Shown here piece by piece: positions 56,057-62,323 of a stretch of DNA of 62,323 nt. This stretch comes from an archaeon (GTDB lineage Archaea > Undinarchaeota > CAZHTU01 > JBDRCC01). The stretch spans positions 1-62,323 of the forward strand of contig JBDRCC010000017.1 in assembly GCA_043822065.1 (NCBI GenBank), given 5' to 3'. The position numbers were made by a program, and so were the translations under genes. The number at the start of each line of letters is the position of its first letter. The first letter of the stretch is position 1. The notes beneath the pieces are model-generated. The model saw only the letters and a list, made by a program, of their open reading frames with translations, searched no databases and was not told the origin of the DNA.

Positions 56057-56960
56057 ATTTTGCCTTGCCCCCCTTTAGCACAAGGGTTTTGCGCCTGAGG
56101 GCCCAGCACCCAAAGGACACATCTACAAAGTAGGAAGCTACGTGCCTCGCGGTGAATGCAACCTTTACGGCAAGGGCTGTCGTATTCCCGCCAAAGCCGG
56201 AAGGGCCTATGCAAAGCGAATTGGCTTCCTGAAGCATTCTCTTTTCGAATTTGTCAAGACGGGGATTTGGGTTTTTGTCGTCAATTCTCCTTAACAGCTG
56301 CCTCATGGAGAGCTCTGAGACAACTTCCCTCGAGCCGCCTACTGCAACTCCAATTACCTCCGGCGGGCAGCCCATGCCCTGCGCCCTGAACACGGCATCC
56401 AGGATGCATTTTCTGACGCCCTCTATGCTGCGGTCTGCGTTGAGCTCAATATCCGGCAGGGAATACGTCCGCCCGATGTTCTCAGAGCCGCCGCCTTTGA
56501 GCAGGAGGTCAACTTTCAGGTACGTTTTGTTCCACTCCTCAAAATGGATTACTGGAAATGCTTCGCCCGTATTGTCCAGCGTGTTCTTGCCTGAAAGCGT
56601 GTCAACTGCGTTCGACCTTAATGGGATTTCCTTGGTTGCCTTCTTGGTTGCGGCAAGTATTGCTTTTCGTATGGCTGTGTGGCTGAAGCCCGCCGGGCAG
56701 CTGACGTAGAAGATGGGCGTCCCCGTGTCCTGGCAAAGGGAAACTGACTCGCATTTAGAGATATCCGAGTTCTGCAGTATCTGGGCTATCGCGGATTCGG
56801 CAAGCGTGCCGCTGAGTTCAGACTTGAGGGCTTTCCTAAGGCCAGCCTCAATGTCCTTGGGCAGCTCAGTCGCCGCAAGGCGGTAGAGCTCGATTATCTG
56901 CTCAGGCAGCAAACTTGCATGCCCGCTTCGTGACTTCTTCTTCATAATCATCAAGGTCAT
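56049..56960 (-). CDS. class I fumarate hydratase / Fe-S hydro-lyase alpha subunit
   Basis: CQDTG, KGGGSEN, GCPP, GPSGFGG, CWALRR; start uncertain. Confidence 0.92.
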   Translation of the reverse strand: MTLMIMKKKSRSGHASLLPEQIIELYRLAATELPKDIEAGLRKALKSELSGTLAESAIAQILQNSDISKCESVSLCQDTGTPIFYVSCPAGFSHTAIRKAILAATKKATKEIPLRSNAVDTLSGKNTLDNTGEAFPVIHFEEWNKTYLKVDLLLKGGGSENIGRTYSLPDIELNADRSIEGVRKCILDAVFRAQGMGCPPEVIGVAVGGSREVVSELSMRQLLRRIDDKNPNPRLDKFEKRMLQEANSLCIGPSGFGGNTTALAVKVAFTARHVASYFVDVSFGCWALRRKTLVLKGGKAKYA

Positions 56961-58245
56961 CTATTTTCAGCCGCGCAACTTTGGATTTCATCGCCGCCTC
57001 TGCAACGTATCTCGCAACCCTCGGGACCACGCGCGGGTCGAGGGGCTTGGGGATTACGTAGTCCGCTTTCATGGGGGCCTTGCCATCGAACATGCCTGCT
57101 GTGGAATCCTTTTGGTAAGCCTTCGCAAGGAATGCCTTGGTCTTGCGGGGAATCGCCTCTTTGGCAACTTCGGACAGCGCCTTCGAAGCGCCAATCTTCA
57201 TCGCCTCGTTTATGTCCCCTGCCCTGCAGTCAAGCACGCCCCTGAATATCCCTGGAAAGCCGAGGACATTATTTACTTGGTTTGGGTAGTCAGACCTGCC
57301 GGTCCCAACCACCAACGCGCCAGCCTCCTTAGCGTCAGCGGGCGATATTTCAGGGAGGGGATTTGCCATTGCATAGACAATTGCGCCATCTGTCATTGAA
57401 GATACCATGTTTTTGGTGACCACGTTGCCGACAGAAACGCCGACAAAGACATCCGCGCCCTTCATGGCGTCCTCAAGCGTTCTTGCGTCAGTCTCAGAGG
57501 CAAGCCGCTCCTTCCGCAGGTTCATGTTTTCTTGGCGGCCCTTGTAGACTACGCCAGCAGTGTCGCAAAGAACAAGGTTCTGTTTCTTGACGCCGGCAGA
57601 AACATAATACTCTGCGCAGGCGATTCCAGCGGCGCCAGCCCCATTGAAGACGACCCGTATCGCTCCAATCTTTTTGTTTGCAAGTTCCAAACCGTTCAAA
57701 AGCCCGGCGAGGGAGATTATTGCGGTGCCGTGCTGGTCGTCGTGGAAGACGGGTATGCCCATTTCCCGTTTCAGGCGGCTCTCGACCTCAAAGCATGCGG
57801 GTGATGCTATGTCCTCAAGGTTTATCCCACCAAACGTCGGCTCAAGCTGCTTTGTCGCAGTGATTAGCTTCTCTGCGTCAGTCTTCCCGTGCGCGTCGCG
57901 CACGCCAGAAAGGCATATTGGAAATGCGTCCACGTCTGCAAATGTCTTGAACAGCACAGATTTGCCCTCCATAACGGGCATTGCTGCGTCTGGGCCTATG
58001 TCGCCAAGCCCTAGGACTGCAGAGCCGTCAGAGACTACTGCAACGAAATTCCCGCGTGCGGTATAATCCCATACTGCATCCTTGTCGTCTTTTATTGCGA
58101 GCGAGGGGTATGCAACTCCAGGGGTGTACGCCAAGGAAAGCTCCCTTTGGCTCAGGCAGGACTTTGTAGAAACGACTTCAATCTTGCCCTTTCGCCCTTT
58201 TTTGTGGTACTCAAGGGAGTCGCGCTTGAGCTCCTGCTCGTTCAT
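56902..58245 (-). CDS. NAD(P)-dependent malic enzyme
   Basis: LAYTPGVA, VLGLGDIG, PVMEGK, INLEDI, FHDDQHGTA, GAGAAG; start revised to ATG 58245. Confidence 0.94.
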   Translation of the reverse strand: MNEQELKRDSLEYHKKGRKGKIEVVSTKSCLSQRELSLAYTPGVAYPSLAIKDDKDAVWDYTARGNFVAVVSDGSAVLGLGDIGPDAAMPVMEGKSVLFKTFADVDAFPICLSGVRDAHGKTDAEKLITATKQLEPTFGGINLEDIASPACFEVESRLKREMGIPVFHDDQHGTAIISLAGLLNGLELANKKIGAIRVVFNGAGAAGIACAEYYVSAGVKKQNLVLCDTAGVVYKGRQENMNLRKERLASETDARTLEDAMKGADVFVGVSVGNVVTKNMVSSMTDGAIVYAMANPLPEISPADAKEAGALVVGTGRSDYPNQVNNVLGFPGIFRGVLDCRAGDINEAMKIGASKALSEVAKEAIPRKTKAFLAKAYQKDSTAGMFDGKAPMKADYVIPKPLDPRVVPRVARYVAEAAMKSKVARLKIDDLDDYEEEVTKRACKFAA

Positions 58246-58282
58246 GGCAAAGGTTATAAGAGGTCGGAATAAATAGTTAACC

Positions 58283-58702
58283 ATGATAATTGTCTTGGGC
58301 GTGGGAAACGAAATGAAGGGCGATGATGGAGTCGGCCCATATGTCGCGAAAAAAGTCAAACAAACAGATCAACTGGTTGCCATTGATACCTCAACAGCAC
58401 CTGAAAACTTCTTCGGAAAAATCGAGGAACTAAAGCCAGACAAGCTGATTGTTGTAGACGCAATCGATTTTGGTGGCAACCCGGGCGAAACACGCGTTGT
58501 CGACACTGCCAAACTTGACCGACGCGCACAGAGCACCCATAACATGCCAATCAGGCTCTTGATTGATATCCTAAAAATAAGTGCTGTCTTTGTTGGAATA
58601 CAGATAAGGCAGAACGTTATTGGCGAAGGGCTTAGCCCGGAAGTCAAAGCCGCGGCTGACGCCCTGGTAAAAAAGTTAAATTCAGGGGCGGCTATTTCTT
58701 AG
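58283..58702 (+). CDS. hydrogenase maturation endopeptidase (HycI-like)
   Basis: GVGNEMKGDDGVG, APENF, VDAIDFG, STHNMP. Confidence 0.9.
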   Translation: MIIVLGVGNEMKGDDGVGPYVAKKVKQTDQLVAIDTSTAPENFFGKIEELKPDKLIVVDAIDFGGNPGETRVVDTAKLDRRAQSTHNMPIRLLIDILKISAVFVGIQIRQNVIGEGLSPEVKAAADALVKKLNSGAAIS

Positions 58703-59048
58703 GCTTGGGTTTCAGCTTTGCCGACTTGACCATAAGGTCCTTTGCCTCAGTCGTGGCCATCTCATAGTCGTTAGTGAGCGCGATTATCTTGACCGGGCAT
58801 TTTTCAGCGCACTCCGCGCAGAATATACAGAGCCGGAGATCAAACTCTGGCAGCTTGGTCTTCTGGTTGAATGCGCAGGCCCCGCTAGGGCAGACGCGCG
58901 AGCAGTTGGCGCAGTGTATGCACTTGTCGAAGTCGCAGGTAAGCCTGCCGCGGAATGCCTTTGGCGGCTCTGCCTTGACGAACGGGTACCTGAGTGTTGC
59001 GGGCTTCTTGAAGATGCTTTTCAGCGCCTCTTTCAGTACGGGAAACAT
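58692..59048 (-). CDS. 2[4Fe-4S] ferredoxin-like subunit (NuoI/EchF/HycF type)
   Basis: KPATLRYPF, FRG, CIHCANCSRVCP and CIFCAECAEKCP. Confidence 0.9.
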   Translation of the reverse strand: MFPVLKEALKSIFKKPATLRYPFVKAEPPKAFRGRLTCDFDKCIHCANCSRVCPSGACAFNQKTKLPEFDLRLCIFCAECAEKCPVKIIALTNDYEMATTEAKDLMVKSAKLKPKPKK

Positions 59049-59052
59049 GTTA

Positions 59053-60156
59053 TCAGTAAGTTATCAGCTTCTCCACGTCTTCGGCAGGTATGCCTGAAAA
59101 CTTGGAGTTAGCTATTATACGGAGGTTCTTTATTTCCTTTTCGAGAGAGAGCATATAAGCAAGCGCCTTGCCGCTGCCAAGGGGGTCAGAAAGCGCAAAC
59201 CGCGACGCCTGCCCAACAAGGAACCGATCGAGCGCAGTTGCCATTTCGTCTGGACTGGGCCCGGCTTCGGAAAGCAGCCCGTGGTAAGAAGTGCCTTCTA
59301 CGGATGAAAGGACAGCAGCCACAGTCTCAGAATCAGCGAGCTTTTTTCTCCGGCTTTCATCCAATTCATAGCTGCCAGCGAGCAGTTCGTCTTTCTGGAC
59401 CTTTGAGCCGCTTGAAATGCCCCTTAGTACTAACTTGATGTTTTCTATTTCGGCAGTCATGCCAAATAGCTGCTTTGCGTACCGGTCCTTGCCGGTCTGG
59501 ATGGAAAGCCTGCGCCATAGCTGGGAATATAGGTGGCGGTCAACGACAGAAGTAAGCAGGGATAGGTTGTCCGTCCGCTTGAATTCGGCAAACGCACCTT
59601 TAAGCGGCTCATAGTAGTCTGTCGTCTCAAGGCGCTGAAGAAGCTCCCCTATATCGCGGCCTTCCAGAAGGTTCTCAACCATCTTGCTGTCAAAAAATCC
59701 GAAAGGCAGAATGGAAACCTTCAAGCCGGAGTATTTTGATACGAGTGCCTCCTTGAGTACCGACGCCTCTTCAGATTTAATAAGGAAGCCGTAGATGAAG
59801 TGCTCGTCGCGAGGGGTTGAGGATAAGAGAAACTCCTTCTGGCGCCGCGCCTCCTTTTTGAGTGCCATATCAACAGATTCGGGGGACTGCGATCCTGATA
59901 TCTCTGAGAACGCATGCTCGTAGGGCGTGCCCTCCAGCATCGATATCATGTCAGCTAGCTTAGGCGCCTCTATCAGCGAACGGTACAGCTCTTTGCCAAT
60001 GCGCCTGCCCTGCGCAGCGCTTATGCGGGCATTTGAGTAAGCATGGGACGAGTGGTCCAGTACCAGCTTTAGGATTGGGATAAACAGTATGAAGGACACG
60101 AGTATGGAGAACCCTACCAAAAGAAGCGCAAAAGTAGTGTTCAGCTCGATTATCAT
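59053..60156 (-). CDS. atpC: A/V-type ATP synthase subunit C with N-terminal TM helix
   Basis: AYSNARISA, LEGTPY / LETTDY / VEGTSY repeats, EIENIK, EKEIKNLRII. Confidence 0.88.
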   Translation of the reverse strand: MIIELNTTFALLLVGFSILVSFILFIPILKLVLDHSSHAYSNARISAAQGRRIGKELYRSLIEAPKLADMISMLEGTPYEHAFSEISGSQSPESVDMALKKEARRQKEFLLSSTPRDEHFIYGFLIKSEEASVLKEALVSKYSGLKVSILPFGFFDSKMVENLLEGRDIGELLQRLETTDYYEPLKGAFAEFKRTDNLSLLTSVVDRHLYSQLWRRLSIQTGKDRYAKQLFGMTAEIENIKLVLRGISSGSKVQKDELLAGSYELDESRRKKLADSETVAAVLSSVEGTSYHGLLSEAGPSPDEMATALDRFLVGQASRFALSDPLGSGKALAYMLSLEKEIKNLRIIANSKFSGIPAEDVEKLITY

Positions 60157-60695
60157 TTAAAGAGCTCCCTCCCCGCGTGCATCCGCAATTCGCTTGATTT
60201 CCTTTCGAAGATTGCCGGGAAAGTCAGGTCCATTGTTGACTCAACAGTCTGGATTATTATTCCCCGCGGCATCTCCTGCTCCTTGACTTTTATGTCCGAC
60301 CGGGAAATCAGGTTTTTGTCGCCTGTGCGTATGTAAACCGTGGCACCCTTGAGCTCTGAACCAACAGAGGATAAGAGATTTGATAGGAGCTTATGGTACT
60401 CTTTCCGTGGCATAGAGTCTATCCTCTTAAGCGCAGATGAAACTGCTGAGGAGACAAACTCGTCCTTCAGCTGGCGCTCCGCGCGCCTTGTTTCGACTAT
60501 TGCCTCGGAAACAATCCTCTGCTTGGCGGATTTGGCTTCGCCCTTCCCCTGCTCAAGTATTTGGCGCTTGATGTTCGCTATTTCCGGCATTGATTCGCCA
60601 ACAAGGCGCTTTTTCTCTGCCCTGGCTACGTCAAGCACCGTCTTGCGCTCCTTTTGCGCATCCTCGTTTATTTTCGAAATCATTTTTTCCATCAT
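60153..60695 (-). CDS. atpE: A/V-type ATP synthase subunit E
   Basis: Coiled-coil N-terminus, GIIIQ...DLTF...ELF end, position between K and C. Confidence 0.85.
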   Translation of the reverse strand: MMEKMISKINEDAQKERKTVLDVARAEKKRLVGESMPEIANIKRQILEQGKGEAKSAKQRIVSEAIVETRRAERQLKDEFVSSAVSSALKRIDSMPRKEYHKLLSNLLSSVGSELKGATVYIRTGDKNLISRSDIKVKEQEMPRGIIIQTVESTMDLTFPAIFERKSSELRMHAGRELFK

Positions 60696-60696
60696 G

Positions 60697-62322
60697 TTAT
60701 CCTCCCATAAGTCCTACCTTGAGCATTATCAGTATCGCTGCCAGCAAGCCGAGTATTGCAAATGTCTCTGGCATAACTGCGAGTATCAAGCTCTTGCCGA
60801 ATGACTCAGGCCGCCGGGACATGGACATGATTCCTGACGCCGCAACAATTCCCTGCCCGATTGCTGACAGCCCGGCAAAGCCGACAACGAGCCCGGCGCC
60901 GACTGCAGCTATGCCAGCTGACAGCGGAAGCTCGGTTACTGTGCCGCTGAGTATTCCAGTGAAATAAAGCAGCATTATCGCCACCAGGAGGCCGTAGATT
61001 GCCTGGGTCTCGGGAAGAACCGAAAATACCATAGACTTGCCGAAGAGGGACGGATCACTTGAGGTCGCGCCAGCGCCAGCCGCCGTAGCAATTCCTTGGC
61101 CTATGGCTGAGAGGCCAGCAATTCCAACGGCAAGCCCGGCGCCGACTGCGGCGAGCGCGGCTGCGCCAGTTACCTGGTTGAACGTTCCGCCAAGAATTCC
61201 TGTAAAGAAGAGTATAAGTATTGCGACAAGGAGGCCGTATATCGCCTGCGTCTCCGGAAGTACGGAGAATACCATCGACTTGCCGAACATGTTCTGCTTT
61301 TCTGCAGTGGCCGCGGCGCCGGATGCCGCAGCGATTCCCTGCCCCACTGCAGAGGAGCCAGCAAAACCAATTGCCATACCCGCGCCTACTGCGGCAATCC
61401 CTATGACTAGGGGCATGTCTGGAATGAACTTCCCGCCAATCAGGCCTGTGAAGAACATTATCAGTATGGCGATTAGGAGGCCATAGATTGCCTGGGTCTC
61501 GGGGAGGACTGAGAAAATCATGCTCTTGCCGAAGAGGGATGGCTTTTCAGAGGTAACGCCTATGCCAGCTGCTGCGGCAATGCCTTGGCCTATTGCAGAT
61601 ATTCCTGCAAAGCCAACTGCGATTCCAGCGCCTACTGCGGCAAGCCCGGCAGCTGCAGGTATTGCTTTTATTCCGCCGCCAAGTATTCCTGTGAAAAAGA
61701 GTATTAAAATTGCAACCAAAAGCCCGTATATCGCCTGGGTTTCTGGGAGGACTGAGAATACCATCGACTTGCCGAACATCTGCGGCTTATTCGCAGTCGC
61801 GCCCGCGCCCGCCGCCGCCGCGATTCCCTGCCCGATTGCCGACAGCCCTGCAAACCCAATTGCCATGCCCGCGCCTATTGCGGCGATTCCAACAGGTATT
61901 GGCATATCCGGGATATAACTGCTCCCGATTATGCCGGTGAAGAACATTATCAGTATGGCGATTAGGAGGCCATAGATTGCCTGGGTCTCGGGGAGGACTG
62001 AGAAAATCATGCTCTTGCCGAAGAGGGATGGCTTTTCAGAGGTAACTGCTATCCCCGACGACGCAACTATTCCCTGCCCTATTGCGGACAGCCCTGCAAT
62101 CCCAACAGCTATGCCTGCACCAACCGCAGCCAATCCGGCAGCTGTTGGCAGAGCGGAAACGCCGCCGCCGATAATTCCTGTAAAGAAAAGTATCAAGATG
62201 GCGACAAGCAGCCCGTATATGGCTTGAGTCTCTGGCAGTACGGAGAAGACCATTGATTTGCCGAACATATGGGGTTTGTCCGCAGTGGCTGCTGCGCCTG
62301 CTGCCGCCGCAATGCCCTGCCC
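60697..62322 (-). CDS. atpK: A-type ATP synthase subunit K/c with at least 7 fused hairpins (5' end outside the window)
   Basis: Six PETQAIYGLL plus a terminal PETFAILGLL, each preceded by GQG; the frame stays open to the window edge (GQGIAAAAGAAATADKPH). Confidence 0.95.
   Translation of the reverse strand, partial: GQGIAAAAGAAATADKPHMFGKSMVFSVLPETQAIYGLLVAILILFFTGIIGGGVSALPTAAGLAAVGAGIAVGIAGLSAIGQGIVASSGIAVTSEKPSLFGKSMIFSVLPETQAIYGLLIAILIMFFTGIIGSSYIPDMPIPVGIAAIGAGMAIGFAGLSAIGQGIAAAAGAGATANKPQMFGKSMVFSVLPETQAIYGLLVAILILFFTGILGGGIKAIPAAAGLAAVGAGIAVGFAGISAIGQGIAAAAGIGVTSEKPSLFGKSMIFSVLPETQAIYGLLIAILIMFFTGLIGGKFIPDMPLVIGIAAVGAGMAIGFAGSSAVGQGIAAASGAAATAEKQNMFGKSMVFSVLPETQAIYGLLVAILILFFTGILGGTFNQVTGAAALAAVGAGLAVGIAGLSAIGQGIATAAGAGATSSDPSLFGKSMVFSVLPETQAIYGLLVAIMLLYFTGILSGTVTELPLSAGIAAVGAGLVVGFAGLSAIGQGIVAASGIMSMSRRPESFGKSLILAVMPETFAILGLLAAILIMLKVGLMGG
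61448..62046. repeat. perfect 110-bp direct repeat (61448-61557 and 61937-62046), period 489 bp
   Basis: Read directly from the sequence; a 26-bp identity at 61265 and 61754 has the same 489-bp offset. Confidence 0.9.
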
Positions 62323-62323
62323 T

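Overview
Gene-dense archaeal chromosomal window, probably from a DPANN-like lineage. This is inferred from archaeal-type information genes, mostly leaderless TATA-proximal starts, very tight or overlapping gene packing and DPANN-style surface proteins. It carries four aminoacyl-tRNA synthetase genes, smc/scpA/scpB, ribosomal and translation genes (S19e, L39e, L31e, L18a, L10e, aIF2beta, SRP54, FtsY, prefoldin), TFB/Gar1, Trm1, Dph2, central metabolism (PpsA, ApgM, phosphohexomutase, PurA, class I fumarase, malic enzyme), three cation antiporters, large surface proteins and part of an A-type ATP synthase operon. I found no rRNA, tRNA, CRISPR array or transposase. The most unusual observations are: (1) an ATP synthase c/K subunit with at least 7 fused hairpins that runs off the window edge; (2) a 1001-aa SMC that seems to lack both hinge and zinc hook yet sits with ScpA/ScpB; (3) a cassette-accumulation hotspot between smc and scpA containing a chimeric scpA'/smc' scar and repeated promoter copies; (4) a TFB with a histone-H1-like tail ending in a MinD-type membrane-targeting helix; (5) a three-gene unit with two membrane-anchored, apparently inactive Mrr-fold paralogues. 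All protein calls come from motif recognition by eye, not database searches.
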